Of a stretch of DNA of 64,000 nucleotides, positions 17,777 through 27,996 are shown piece after piece; position 1 is the stretch's first letter, and every line of letters starts with the position of its first letter. Location of the stretch: positions 2,916 to 66,915 of the IMG/VR virus record IMGVR_UViG_3300026118_000005; one strand, written 5' to 3'. The notes beneath the pieces were generated by a model. It made no database searches. It was not told the origin of the DNA and worked only from the letters and a program-made list of their open reading frames with translations. Made by a program: the position numbers and the translations under genes. The DNA comes from a virus.

Positions 17777-18171
17777 ATTGGCGATTTGACGGTTTGTTCT
17801 TGGGCTTGACGGCGCAGTTCACGCTCGGCTTTTTCAACGGTTTGCTCAGCTTCCCATTGCTCGCGGGTTTTGGTCAGTTGAGGGTCTAGACCGTGGGAGT
17901 ATTCATCGGCTTGCGTGAACATTCCTTCGCCGAAAACGGGTTGCGTAAGTTCTTCCAAGAGATCCACGAAGCGATTGATGCCGATGCACTCATGCAGTGC
18001 GCAGCTATTGTTGTCGCTCTGGTGGATGCCCGGCTGAAACGTCGGAGCCTTGCGCGGCTGGCCATGCTCCCGCTGAATAGCCGCAATGGCTTCCTTCGCG
18101 ATGGGATGCGACAGCAAGTCCTGCAACACGCTTCGGCGCTCGTCGGATTGGCGGAATTCTATGGAGGTCAT
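17773..18171 (-). CDS. Hypothetical protein
   Basis: Coupled ORF between portal and scaffold. Confidence 0.6.
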   Translation of the reverse strand: MTSIEFRQSDERRSVLQDLLSHPIAKEAIAAIQREHGQPRKAPTFQPGIHQSDNNSCALHECIGINRFVDLLEELTQPVFGEGMFTQADEYSHGLDPQLTKTREQWEAEQTVEKAERELRRQAQEQTVKSPI

Positions 18172-18713
18172 GTGCATTCGTCCCAATTGGCAATGATTTG
18201 GTCAGCCACGTTACAGGCTAGAGATCCATCGGAGATCATCTCGGCGATGGCCCGGTCCATCGGGTTAGATTTGTCCGGTTCGTCGTATGAGAATCCCAAC
18301 TTCCGAACAGTGCCATCGACACATTCGCATGCAGCCATTCCTACCCACCCATAAAACCGAAGGGTCTTTGTATAGTCATCAATCCAGAATGGGAACACCA
18401 CCACTAATCTGGCAGGATAGGTTTCTCCGCTTGCGGGACTAACTCCTGACGGCACAAAACCAACAAAGCACGGGGACACATCTTCCTCATGATCAAAGCG
18501 AAAGTCTTCGGCAATCCACCCCTGAGAAGTCTCTGTAAACTTTGGCGGCACTCCCAATATGTCCGTCACGCACCATTTCATCATCTCCACTTCCGAATGA
18601 CGCCATTTGCCCATTTGCAGGCGAAGACATTGCGGTCTCTTAAACCATCCGGCAATCGCATGGAACGGCGCGAACAGAGACGCCAGCAGCGTCGAAAAAG
18701 TCCTTCGATTCAT
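18168..18713 (-). CDS. Hypothetical protein with twin-arginine-like N-terminus
   Basis: MNRRTFSTLLASLFAPFHAIAG; overlaps the portal stop. Confidence 0.55.
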   Translation of the reverse strand: MNRRTFSTLLASLFAPFHAIAGWFKRPQCLRLQMGKWRHSEVEMMKWCVTDILGVPPKFTETSQGWIAEDFRFDHEEDVSPCFVGFVPSGVSPASGETYPARLVVVFPFWIDDYTKTLRFYGWVGMAACECVDGTVRKLGFSYDEPDKSNPMDRAIAEMISDGSLACNVADQIIANWDECT

Positions 18714-21058
18714 TGCAAACCTCCACGGTTGGCCAGAGCGGCCTTTTGGACTTCAAGCGCAGCCTTGGCCTTTCGGGTGGCCAAGTCGAGCTGCCCCTTT
18801 TGCAACTCCAGGGACCATTTCTGTTGATCGTGGCGCAATTCCTCTTGAGCGCGAATGTCTTCGGCAAGCACGCTCTGCGGAACTGGACCACCGCCACCAC
18901 CTTGCGGGCTACCTCCTGGCACGATAGCCCCTCCCGAAGTCATCTCGTCATCGCCACCCTGCTGACGCGCCATCTTGTCGAGATGCTTTCGACCGTTCAC
19001 GATATACTCGCCGATCTGCTGGAGAATCTGCTTAGCCATCTTCGTATCTGGACTTTGGGGGTCCATGTACTGCATGTGATTCGGCAATTCCGTCGGCTGG
19101 CCAAGGCTTTCGGGATCGCCGCCGCAGTGCTGCCAAAGCGGTTCCATCTTCGGAATGATGGACTCCAGAGGTTCTTGGCCGCTCGTAAGCGCTTGGCCCA
19201 TGCGGTTGAGTTCCTGAATGTGGGAGTTGAGATGGACCGCGTGATTCTGGTTCGGCAGTGCAGGGATTCCCCCGTTCGAAAGCGGAATGAGTTTGTCTTC
19301 CAAGTCTGCGATTTGCAGGTCAATCGGAGGACGTTGCCCAGGTTTCGGAGGCACGAGTTGCGCGGCGATCTGCGGCCCTCCCAGCGTCTCAAATCGCATG
19401 CGGAGAAGCTTGTATTGCCCCTCAGGGTCAAGCTGGTAATAGTTCTCCATCATGGCGTCAATCATCGTCATCCGATCCGCCGTGGAGCCTCTGCCTAGCC
19501 CCGTGTTGATCTCGATGGCGTCGAAGTCCACGTTGGCCAGCACGGTCGAGGGATCTTTGATGCCTAGTTCCGCCAGCCGAGCGCGCAGCTTCCAGACTTC
19601 TGCGCCGCCGGGTTCGTCCGCGCGATAGTCGGCACGGCATATGCGCTTCACGATCTGCTTGAACTGCTTCTTCCACGGCGGGAAAAAGAGACGCATGCCG
19701 CTCGTCGTTCCCTGCGAGGAAATCGAGAGTCGCATCTGTTGCTCGTACTTGGTTCGCGGCGTCTTGTCGTTCGGGTTGACCAACGCCTGTTGAGAAAACG
19801 ATGAAGACGCCCCAGTGAAGAACTGCATGAGCAACTGGAAGCCAGGAATCATCGAGTTCTGGAAATCCGGCAACTTCACGTCCGCGAATTCCGTGCCCGA
19901 GTCGAGGAACGCCACCGATCCTTGGTGTCGATACGGGATGGATTGAACCGCATCCTCGGAATTGACGCCCGTGGATTTCAGCACCGGCGTGCTGCTGATA
20001 ATCATCCGGTCCATCATCGCGCACATCCAACGATTGATGGCGGACACGCTGTTGAAAACGCGGTTAGCATGTCCGCGAATGGAAGCCATTTCACCATTCG
20101 GACCCACGCCATACGGGAAGATCACAAGCACCGAAGAAGCATCCTCGTATTTCCCCACGGACTTGTAAAGAAAGTCCCCCTCGCCGTCGTAGAGGCAGAT
20201 GTAACGGGACATCTTTCCGTTGAGTTCACGCACCCAGAAATGAATCGTCTCGATGATGAGTTCGTTCGCGCCCGAGTAGGAATAGGCGAGGTCGTTATTC
20301 TTGAACAGCGTCTCCCATTGCTCCCAGTTGTACGTTTCGATCTGCTTCGGGATCGTGTGCGTCATGATGGCTTGACGAACCATCTTCGTATTCCAGCCAT
20401 TCTCCTCCGCAACATCCGGGTTTTGGATGTGCTGATAAAGCTCGGACGGGCGCATGTCCACCTTGCAGCCGCAACAGTCGATCCGGCCAGAGTTCGGCTG
20501 AACGCGCCGGGGGAACTTGAAATGCTGGAGACTGAACACCTGCCATTGCCAGTCCCGGTCATCGTTGAAAAACACGATGGAGACACCATCGCGGACAAAA
20601 TACATCGTGTTTAGTTGCCACAGGAAATCGAACAACTCCCAGTTCTTGATGGCTCGGGTGATCTCCTCCGCCAGGATAGGCTCAATCCAGTCCCGCTCGT
20701 TCTGGTCCAGGAAGGATTTCTTGAGCGGAATTGTGCCCAGATTAGTGATCGTCTCCAGCAAATCGTTGTAAGGCGCTTCGGCTGAACTCTCCGATTGCCA
20801 CGCAAGCCCCCAATTCACGTTCGTTCTCCCCAGCGTGCCCATCGCCTTATCATTGGCGGGCGAGAATGGGGGGTCTCCGTTCACCTGCGCCTCGGTGCGT
20901 GCCCGGTTGTAGCTGCTGGAGTTGTCAGCCCACCAGAACGTCTGGTAGGCGGAAACTACCTGCGCCACGGTCTGGAAACGACCCATGGAAGGCATCAATT
21001 CCCCGTCCATCGTCGGGGGCATCGGGATGCCGGAGAGATTGCCAGGAAGACCGTTCAT
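18710..21058 (-). CDS. Portal protein
   Basis: 782 aa upstream of scaffold and capsid; P22/T7-like portal size with helical Q-rich C-terminus; RTKYE segment in the typical clip position. Confidence 0.75.
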   Translation of the reverse strand: MNGLPGNLSGIPMPPTMDGELMPSMGRFQTVAQVVSAYQTFWWADNSSSYNRARTEAQVNGDPPFSPANDKAMGTLGRTNVNWGLAWQSESSAEAPYNDLLETITNLGTIPLKKSFLDQNERDWIEPILAEEITRAIKNWELFDFLWQLNTMYFVRDGVSIVFFNDDRDWQWQVFSLQHFKFPRRVQPNSGRIDCCGCKVDMRPSELYQHIQNPDVAEENGWNTKMVRQAIMTHTIPKQIETYNWEQWETLFKNNDLAYSYSGANELIIETIHFWVRELNGKMSRYICLYDGEGDFLYKSVGKYEDASSVLVIFPYGVGPNGEMASIRGHANRVFNSVSAINRWMCAMMDRMIISSTPVLKSTGVNSEDAVQSIPYRHQGSVAFLDSGTEFADVKLPDFQNSMIPGFQLLMQFFTGASSSFSQQALVNPNDKTPRTKYEQQMRLSISSQGTTSGMRLFFPPWKKQFKQIVKRICRADYRADEPGGAEVWKLRARLAELGIKDPSTVLANVDFDAIEINTGLGRGSTADRMTMIDAMMENYYQLDPEGQYKLLRMRFETLGGPQIAAQLVPPKPGQRPPIDLQIADLEDKLIPLSNGGIPALPNQNHAVHLNSHIQELNRMGQALTSGQEPLESIIPKMEPLWQHCGGDPESLGQPTELPNHMQYMDPQSPDTKMAKQILQQIGEYIVNGRKHLDKMARQQGGDDEMTSGGAIVPGGSPQGGGGGPVPQSVLAEDIRAQEELRHDQQKWSLELQKGQLDLATRKAKAALEVQKAALANRGGLQ

Positions 21059-21064
21059 GGAGCG

Positions 21065-22291
21065 TTAGGCGGGAACGAGTGGACGAGTCACCCACTGGCG
21101 CGGGCTTTTGAGGGTGAATCCGAGCAGGAGCAATTCAGCTTTCACCTTGTCGCGAGGTTCGCCGAGTTGCGCCGCTAGGCTCGTGAGGTCGTAAGCGGGC
21201 GTCTCCTCATCCTGCGGTGCGTTGTCGTAAAGTTCGGTGATTCGCTCCCCGAGCGTCATTGGAGGTGGCGCGGGCGGCGCTTGCTTCGTTTCCGATTGCG
21301 GAGCGCGAGCCATGGCGACCAACGCAGCTTCCAACGAACCGTATTTGGAGACCAATAGCGCCGCGACTTCGGGAGGCAGTTGCACGTTCTGCCCTACGAC
21401 CGTCGGCACATCGGTTGATCGCGCGGGAGCCTGCATGGTCGTTGAAGGCGGTTGTGGAGGCGGTGGAGGGGCTGCAACGGGTTCCTCGGGAGTGTAGCGA
21501 CTCTCGCCGAGAATAAGCGCTCCTAGACTGCCGTCCTTGCAGCCGTGTACGCACGCCGCCTTCGGATCGACAGGCCCCGAATGGTCTCTCCTGGCGAATT
21601 GCGTAGGAGCTGCGTCACAGATGATTTCTCCGTTGGATTCCCGGTAATTACAGGTATTCCATCGGTCCTGAATCAGGGGAGTATGCGCCACCCCGAGGTT
21701 GCCCATCGCCCAGCGGAGGTAAACGTCGAAGGGGTCCTGCACGGGCATTCCGATGTTCACGAGGTCTTGCATAAGCGCGGGGAAGTCCTCGCCGATCACC
21801 GTCCACCCTTCGCAATACAGGCCACAACCCATCATCATTTTATCCACCCCATGGGGGCTTTTGGCTGGTTGCCCTGTGGCCGGTATGTAGAATGGCGTTT
21901 CGACCAAGTTTCCGCAAAATCTCGCCCCTCTAGCGTTGAACGCCGCCTCGATGAAATCCGGCCAGTGCGAAGTTCGGGGGAGACAGTCTGGCTCCATCCA
22001 AAACCGCGTGCCGGGCACCCGCTCTTGGTCCAGCCGCATCATGGTTGTAGCGAACATGAAGTTTGGCCCCACCGGCCAGCCCATGGGGCCCTCCGTGTGG
22101 AGATCCATCACGCTCACGTTCGGGCACTCTCGCAGCATTCGAATCCGCGCTTCGTTCAGTTCGGCCTGGACATTCGGCGAGCCGACGAACAACAGATGAT
22201 GCTCCGTGAGTCCTCCGAAATGCTCCATCAGGGCGCAAGCCTCGTCAATTCGGGCGATGTCCCGATGCGTGAAAGGGCGGATAATCAGCAT
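21065..22291 (-). CDS. Glycosyltransferase-like N-domain plus Pro-rich tail
   Basis: GWPVGPNFMF, FWMEPDCLP (DxD-like), VHGCKDGSL. Confidence 0.5.
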   Translation of the reverse strand: MLIIRPFTHRDIARIDEACALMEHFGGLTEHHLLFVGSPNVQAELNEARIRMLRECPNVSVMDLHTEGPMGWPVGPNFMFATTMMRLDQERVPGTRFWMEPDCLPRTSHWPDFIEAAFNARGARFCGNLVETPFYIPATGQPAKSPHGVDKMMMGCGLYCEGWTVIGEDFPALMQDLVNIGMPVQDPFDVYLRWAMGNLGVAHTPLIQDRWNTCNYRESNGEIICDAAPTQFARRDHSGPVDPKAACVHGCKDGSLGALILGESRYTPEEPVAAPPPPPQPPSTTMQAPARSTDVPTVVGQNVQLPPEVAALLVSKYGSLEAALVAMARAPQSETKQAPPAPPPMTLGERITELYDNAPQDEETPAYDLTSLAAQLGEPRDKVKAELLLLGFTLKSPRQWVTRPLVPA

Positions 22292-22297
22292 ATTGGT

Positions 22298-22609
22298 TTA
22301 ATCTTGATTGCAGTTATAGGAATTGTCAACGGGGCTTTGCGGTGGGCAGCTCATGGAGTGCCAAACAATTTCCCCAACGTAGTCCACGGGGTCGAAGGAG
22401 GTTTGCGCAGAGTGCCACCGCGGATCGCCCTGGGGGATTACCACAACCCTGCGTCCCGTGACGGGCTTTGTGGGAAGCCGTAGCGATCCATAAAGATCCT
22501 TCACTGCCTGCTTGAATGCCTGCCACGCACAGAAGATTTCCTCTTTCTTGCGCTCTCGCATTTCCTGCCGAGTTAGGGAGTATTCTTCGGTGATGTATCG
22601 TTTACTCAT
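22298..22609 (-). CDS. Hypothetical protein
   Basis: 103 aa coupled ORF. Confidence 0.5.
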   Translation of the reverse strand: MSKRYITEEYSLTRQEMRERKKEEIFCAWQAFKQAVKDLYGSLRLPTKPVTGRRVVVIPQGDPRWHSAQTSFDPVDYVGEIVWHSMSCPPQSPVDNSYNCNQD

Positions 22610-22830
22610 GGTAAAACCTTTCTAGCAGAGAGGAATTCATCCGCCAGTTTCTTGCCGTCCAACGTCTCGCTCGTGACGACCATCGTCCAGCGCCCACCCT
22701 TGTTCTCTTGGAAGCAAAGCGAACGTGCACGCCCCGGCGGCAGATTCAAGACGAGCACGTGATCCAACTCAATGACCTTTTGAGATCCATCATCGAACTG
22801 AATGGAGAGTTGGCCTTTTTGCATCTTCAC
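22606..22830 (-). CDS. Hypothetical protein
   Basis: 74 aa coupled ORF. Confidence 0.5.
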   Translation of the reverse strand: MKMQKGQLSIQFDDGSQKVIELDHVLVLNLPPGRARSLCFQENKGGRWTMVVTSETLDGKKLADEFLSARKVLP

Positions 22831-23870
22831 GCCCCAGCCTCCTTGAGCGCCTTCTTAAACATCTCCGCGTCCTTCTCTTGCGCGGAACCGATGAAGAACT
22901 GTGGGTTGAACTTGGCGTTGTAGTTCAGGATCTTTCGACGTGCTTCGTCCTCGCCGAGTCCGTGTTTGCGCATCACCTCGGGCAGCAGGCTCCAAAAAAT
23001 CGGCGTGTTCTGACACTCGGGATAGTACCACCCCGGAGCGTCTTTGCCGGGAGGTCGCGGGGGCACAGAGGCCACGTTGAAATGCGGATCAACCTCTTGG
23101 TCAGCGCCGTCGATCTGAATCCCTTGAATGGCAAATCCAGCGTTGAGGACGTACCTCACTTTCTCGTCAGGCGGCGCAACGATAACGTCCGGTTGCCACG
23201 GACAAATCTCGATCACGCGATGATGCCCGAGCCCCGCAGCGATGGCCGCAACGCACGATTGATTGCCGATGAATAGATCGGACCCCGCGACGAGTGACGC
23301 CGCTTCCAGTAGGTCTTTCGTGTGCACGTATTCGCAATTACCGAATCGCGAACAGAACATTTTGTGTTCGCGATCGGAGCCCACGAACAGGATGCGCGAA
23401 CCGTACCTCTCCACGATCTGATGCCAGGGGAATGACGGGTTGTTATAGCGGTCCGTTCGCTGAACCACGATCTTGCCCTTTGCTCTTTCATCCGCTGGGA
23501 TGTTGAACAACCAAGGCGCTCGAAAGTCCACGCTGATCTTTGGAAGACTCTTTTGCCCTTCGTAGTGCAAAAGGTGCGACTTCGCGAGGCTTTGCGTCAT
23601 CGTGTGGTATGAGCGGAACTCGCCAGCGGCCCAGTGCACAGCTTCGCCTGAGTGAGGCTTAACCGATTCGACGTAAGGCTGCGATTCCAGCAGGGGCGCG
23701 AGGGTGTGAAGACGTTCGAGGATGCGTTTGCAGATGGAATTCCTGTCGGCAAAGAGCATTTGCACGGGACCAGTAACCTTTGATAAGGCTAGAACTACAG
23801 GTAGCGAGAGACATACGTCTCCCATATCCCCATAGAACAAAACGCGGCATGTCTTCTTTTGTTCTACCAT
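22827..23870 (-). CDS. Glycosyltransferase family 9-like (heptosyltransferase fold)
   Basis: GDMGDVCLSLP; DLLEAASLVAGSDLFIGNQS..AAIAAGLG. Confidence 0.75.
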   Translation of the reverse strand: MVEQKKTCRVLFYGDMGDVCLSLPVVLALSKVTGPVQMLFADRNSICKRILERLHTLAPLLESQPYVESVKPHSGEAVHWAAGEFRSYHTMTQSLAKSHLLHYEGQKSLPKISVDFRAPWLFNIPADERAKGKIVVQRTDRYNNPSFPWHQIVERYGSRILFVGSDREHKMFCSRFGNCEYVHTKDLLEAASLVAGSDLFIGNQSCVAAIAAGLGHHRVIEICPWQPDVIVAPPDEKVRYVLNAGFAIQGIQIDGADQEVDPHFNVASVPPRPPGKDAPGWYYPECQNTPIFWSLLPEVMRKHGLGEDEARRKILNYNAKFNPQFFIGSAQEKDAEMFKKALKEAGA

Positions 23871-24691
23871 GGCTCAATCTCGATCACAGGGTCAGGCGCG
23901 GTCAGTAACCGCGCTATGTAGCTCGGAGTAGCATGCCCGCGAGCCGATAGCCAGCGTTGTACGGAGTCTGGCATGTATCCGTAGTAAGGTTCCAATAGGT
24001 GGGTGAATTCGCACTCGGTTTCGTGGAGTTTCTTGCCCGTTTCTTCCCCAGCGGACAACCGCGGATCTCCGCGTCCGAACCACCAGTGAAGTACTACGTT
24101 AGCCTTTCGATAAAAGGCATCAGTCTTGCGCAGAAAGCCAAGATGGAAAATCTTGAGTCGGTCATCGTAGGTCCCCTCGTCCAGCAATGGCACTTCTCCA
24201 GGATGATGAGGTTCGTCCGAGCACATGACGTAGTTCGCTGGCCCCATGCGAGCCACCCTGCGAGCGCAGCAATGGCCATCGGGAATGATGGAACGAGGAT
24301 CGCGCCAGAAATTCAGCCGGTGAAAGAACCGGCACTCTCCCTTTGAAGCTGCCTCCCGCACCGCTGCATGACACTCTGGCGAGTCCGAAAGCACTTCATC
24401 GGCGTCGAGGGTGATCTGCATGTCGGTTGAAAGCTGTTCCCGTGCGAAGTTCAGCCACTCGACAAACCCGCGATGACTCACGCCTTTCTCGTTCTTCCAC
24501 GGAAAGTTGGCGTAGCGAATCTTCGACTCTCTCTCCATCCATAGTTCGATTGCCTCCTTGGTCCCATCGGTCGAATCCGAGTCCGCGATAACTACTTCCT
24601 CGCAGACGGGGATAAGAGACGCCACAGCTTCCCGCCAGGAGTAATCAAGCGAGTCGCCATTCCTAACTACAACATATCCTCCGAGTGTCAT
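23864..24691 (-). CDS. Glycosyltransferase family 2
   Basis: EVVIADSDSTDGT, ITLDADE, IFHLGF. Confidence 0.85.
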   Translation of the reverse strand: MTLGGYVVVRNGDSLDYSWREAVASLIPVCEEVVIADSDSTDGTKEAIELWMERESKIRYANFPWKNEKGVSHRGFVEWLNFAREQLSTDMQITLDADEVLSDSPECHAAVREAASKGECRFFHRLNFWRDPRSIIPDGHCCARRVARMGPANYVMCSDEPHHPGEVPLLDEGTYDDRLKIFHLGFLRKTDAFYRKANVVLHWWFGRGDPRLSAGEETGKKLHETECEFTHLLEPYYGYMPDSVQRWLSARGHATPSYIARLLTAPDPVIEIEPW

Positions 24692-25455
24692 TTCTGCTTC
24701 TCCAGCCAAAAGCGTTGGGTTTCTGTGATGTCATTTTCGAACCACATTTCTGACGGGTCAACTGGCGGAAGCTTGGATTCGGGGTTCGTCGCGCAAATGA
24801 AGACTTGCGGCCAGTAGACGCCATCGCAAAGAACGTGATGATTCCAGAAGACGGACGGCCACGGGCACCGCGCCAAAAGTTCGCCAAGGCGAAAGACCTG
24901 TTGGAGGATGGGCTCCGATGGCTTGCAGGTATTTCCGATATAAATGATGTCCGTGGCAATGAGCACGCGATCCGTGGCAGCGCCGAACAGGGAATCAATG
25001 CACTCGAAGGGGCTTAGAATGTATTCCAGCACATTCAAGCACTGAGCGATGGTAAACTTCCGATCTTGCGCCGGGACAATGCCGCCTTTGGCATCGAAGC
25101 CGCCAACTATGACCTTGTAGTCAGCGTTCCACAGGGATTTCAAAAGCTCATACCTGGGAGCGTCGGTTTCCTCTCCCAAATGCGGGTAAGTGTCCCCGTT
25201 GACCACAATCTCACCGTTGCCATGAAAGTTCAATCCATGCGCTTTCCCTCCGCGTTGCTCAAATCGCAGGCAATAGTTTCCTTCGGCGGAACCGATGTCT
25301 AAAAGGGAAAGGCCCGTGGCATCCTTCGGAACGCACCGATGCCAGCAAGCGTCATTCCATATCTGATTAGACTTCCACGCTCCGTCATTGTGATACAATG
25401 GCGATCCGTCGGGATGGTAAGCGGTTCCGTAGAAGTTCTTTGGCAAGTTGCTCAT
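24688..25455 (-). CDS. Class I SAM-dependent methyltransferase
   Basis: SLLDIGSAEG motif I; CLNVLEY. Confidence 0.7.
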   Translation of the reverse strand: MSNLPKNFYGTAYHPDGSPLYHNDGAWKSNQIWNDACWHRCVPKDATGLSLLDIGSAEGNYCLRFEQRGGKAHGLNFHGNGEIVVNGDTYPHLGEETDAPRYELLKSLWNADYKVIVGGFDAKGGIVPAQDRKFTIAQCLNVLEYILSPFECIDSLFGAATDRVLIATDIIYIGNTCKPSEPILQQVFRLGELLARCPWPSVFWNHHVLCDGVYWPQVFICATNPESKLPPVDPSEMWFENDITETQRFWLEKQK

Positions 25456-26012
25456 AGCGGCATCTGATAGCACCAAATTGACTCAACTGGGTTGTGAACA
25501 TTTCCTTCGAACGCTTTCTGAATTGCATGGAATACACCATCGTTCCAATTCGGACGATAGTCATGGCCTGTACACAAGGTCCCCGGCTTCATCAGTTTCA
25601 TACCCTCCGTGATGTCGAGCGCGACCTCGGACTCAGTGTGTCCAGCGTCAACGAGTAGACCGTCGAACTGGATGTCGCATCCACGCTTGAAGAACTCTTC
25701 CGTGCTCATTCGGTTCCAATGCACGCGATCTTTGAAAGTTTCGATGGCGGCAAGAAAAGTCTCGTGCGTTCCTTCGTCCTGCCAAAGGTCCACGACTTCG
25801 ATGCGCAACTCTGGGTTCGCCAGCAGCATTATTTTTGTCGATGCGGCGTTGTACGCTCCGAGTTCGAGGATATGCGTTCGGCCAAGACTCCACTCGGCCC
25901 AAAACGCAAGCTCAGACTCCAGATCCCACTTATTCAGATGCGCAACGGCATCCAACTCCTTACGCCACTTGGCCACGATCTCTTCCTTGTTCGGGTTTAG
26001 TAGGTCAATCAT
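25452..26012 (-). CDS. Methyltransferase (Methyltransf_24-like)
   Basis: ILELGAYNAAST, LLVDAGH, LMKPGTLCTGHDY. Confidence 0.8.
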   Translation of the reverse strand: MIDLLNPNKEEIVAKWRKELDAVAHLNKWDLESELAFWAEWSLGRTHILELGAYNAASTKIMLLANPELRIEVVDLWQDEGTHETFLAAIETFKDRVHWNRMSTEEFFKRGCDIQFDGLLVDAGHTESEVALDITEGMKLMKPGTLCTGHDYRPNWNDGVFHAIQKAFEGNVHNPVESIWCYQMPL

Positions 26013-26451
26013 GCGGCAGGGACTGAATGCGTTTAATTAGTTGTGTCGTGCTCTCATGCTCCACCTTCGGAACGAGAACGATCTCGAATCCGGCGGCGAG
26101 TGCGGCTTCCTTCTCTCGCGGGTCCAGGGTTCCCATCGTGTAGTCGGCTCCTTTGGCCCAGATGAGATCAATACATCCCTTGGCCCGCTGAAAGTGAGGC
26201 ATCCCGAAAATGGAAGACATGTCACCCTCAAACGCGACTACGTTCTGAACGCAACGGAGCGCCTTCACCATCCCCATGCGTTCCTTGATTGGAATTAACG
26301 GACGTTGATCGCCCTTTAACCGGCGCACGGACTCGTCGGAATTCACGTAGACCCATAGAGTCTCCCCAAGAGCCTTACACGCTTCAAGAAAGCTGACGTG
26401 GTGCCAACTCAGGATGTCAAAACAGCCATTGGTCAAAATGAAGGATTTCAT
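26005..26451 (-). CDS. Sugar-1-phosphate nucleotidyltransferase (HldC/RfaE domain II-like)
   Basis: TNGCFDIL, VNSDESVRRLKGDQRP, WAKGADY, STTQLIKRI; the HxGH motif reads SWHH. Confidence 0.85.
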   Translation of the reverse strand: MKSFILTNGCFDILSWHHVSFLEACKALGETLWVYVNSDESVRRLKGDQRPLIPIKERMGMVKALRCVQNVVAFEGDMSSIFGMPHFQRAKGCIDLIWAKGADYTMGTLDPREKEAALAAGFEIVLVPKVEHESTTQLIKRIQSLPHD

Positions 26452-26723
26452 ACCCAGGTAAAGACTTTCGCCGCTCCATTCGGCAGGATCATGGTTTGCT
26501 CTTGGAATGAGTGGAGACCGTGGCGAATACCTACGCTGTTGATTCCATTGACCCATTCGCCCTCCGTTAGACGGTTTGACATGTCGGGTATCGGGAAACC
26601 TTCTTCGCGGAGTCGTCTCACGCAACGATCAGTCAGTCGGTTAATGTTGCTGCCATCTCGCTCGAATTCATCGAACCCAATGATGCAGCAACCTTGTCGG
26701 TGGATGAATTCGTCAGCGGTCAT
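26448..26723 (-). CDS. Hypothetical protein
   Basis: Coupled ORF inside the glycosylation cluster. Confidence 0.5.
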   Translation of the reverse strand: MTADEFIHRQGCCIIGFDEFERDGSNINRLTDRCVRRLREEGFPIPDMSNRLTEGEWVNGINSVGIRHGLHSFQEQTMILPNGAAKVFTWV

Positions 26724-27757
26724 GTGTCCTTCGCCCATGCAGGCGCGTTGACGGTGATTTCAAGATGGGGATGATCCTGATACGGCAAGATGGTGGATGC
26801 TTTCGCTTCGTCAATCATCTCCATGATAGTCTGCCGGATGTCGCCCCTCGGGATGTCGCTGAAATGCTCTCGCTGCAACCCGTGGTGACAGACGCAGGAT
26901 TTCGCCTCATGCCGTTGCTCAAGGTAGCGATGCGGCATCCGACTCCCCGTAAGTTCGCATACGAGATCCGCCATTGCGTTGATCGTCATCGCTTCGTTGT
27001 CGCCGACGTTGAAGATTCTGCCCCAGGAGGTAGGGCGGTCGATGGCAGCGCCGATCACTCCGGCGACGTGTGCCACGGGAGAGAACTGGCGCACCTGCTG
27101 CCCGTCTCCGTAAATCGGGATGCTCTTTCCTTCCAAGGCGTGACGAATGGCGATGGACACGAAGTTGCGAGTTCGGTCTGCCATGTTCTGCCGTTCGCCT
27201 ATCACGTTGTGGGGTCTGAATATGATCCATGGCAGGCTGAAAACGTCACCAGCGGTTTCAACGTCTATCTCGGATAAGTTTTTCGCCGCGCCATAAGGGT
27301 CTATGGGATCATGAATGCCGTGCTCCCGGAAATTGAAATATTCAACGGGCCCCTTGGCAGTGTGAATGTCTCCAAATGGACCTCTTGCATTCCCATAAAC
27401 CGCCGCCGAAGACACGAACGCGAGAACCTTCACGCCGTGATTCACGCAGGCATTCACCACGTTGGCCGTTCCGATTACGTTGTTCTCGTAGACATGGCGT
27501 CGGCACCAGTGGGAAAGTCCCTCGGAAGCGTAGGCGGCAGCGTGAACGACTGCTTCAATCCCCTCCCTTTCGAAGGCGCGGTTGACTTGATCGAAGCGTC
27601 GCACATCGCCATGCAGAAACTTCGCACCCTCGGGTATATTCTCGATTCGACCGCCGTCGAGGTTGTCTAGGACAATTGCCGAATGGCCAGCGGTGATAAG
27701 ATGTTTCGCTACGTGACTCCCAATGAAGCCCGCGCCTCCGGTACAAAGTACGTTCAT
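26720..27757 (-). CDS. NAD-dependent nucleotide-sugar epimerase/dehydratase (extended SDR)
   Basis: TGGAGFIGSH, SSAAVYG, YGAAK, RPHNVIG, YGDGQQVR. Confidence 0.9.
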   Translation of the reverse strand: MNVLCTGGAGFIGSHVAKHLITAGHSAIVLDNLDGGRIENIPEGAKFLHGDVRRFDQVNRAFEREGIEAVVHAAAYASEGLSHWCRRHVYENNVIGTANVVNACVNHGVKVLAFVSSAAVYGNARGPFGDIHTAKGPVEYFNFREHGIHDPIDPYGAAKNLSEIDVETAGDVFSLPWIIFRPHNVIGERQNMADRTRNFVSIAIRHALEGKSIPIYGDGQQVRQFSPVAHVAGVIGAAIDRPTSWGRIFNVGDNEAMTINAMADLVCELTGSRMPHRYLEQRHEAKSCVCHHGLQREHFSDIPRGDIRQTIMEMIDEAKASTILPYQDHPHLEITVNAPAWAKDT

Positions 27758-27996
27758 TCAGGTTCTCCAAGGTTGACGGTCGCGTTCGGGAAGCGCTTTC
27801 CAATGAGGGCTTCATCCGAAAATCGGTGTAGCTTGTTGGTGCAAAGGTCGAAAGTCATTATGTAGCCGGGAAAATCATTCTCTGGGTCTGCCACAACTAC
27901 ATGAAGATGCCCAACGTGCTCAAAAACCGTGCCGGGATCTTGGTCCGCCAATCTCAAAGAGTAGAATATTCCCGACGGTTCTGGTTCGATTTTCAT
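27754..27996 (-). CDS. Hypothetical protein
   Basis: 80 aa coupled ORF. Confidence 0.5.
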   Translation of the reverse strand: MKIEPEPSGIFYSLRLADQDPGTVFEHVGHLHVVVADPENDFPGYIMTFDLCTNKLHRFSDEALIGKRFPNATVNLGEPE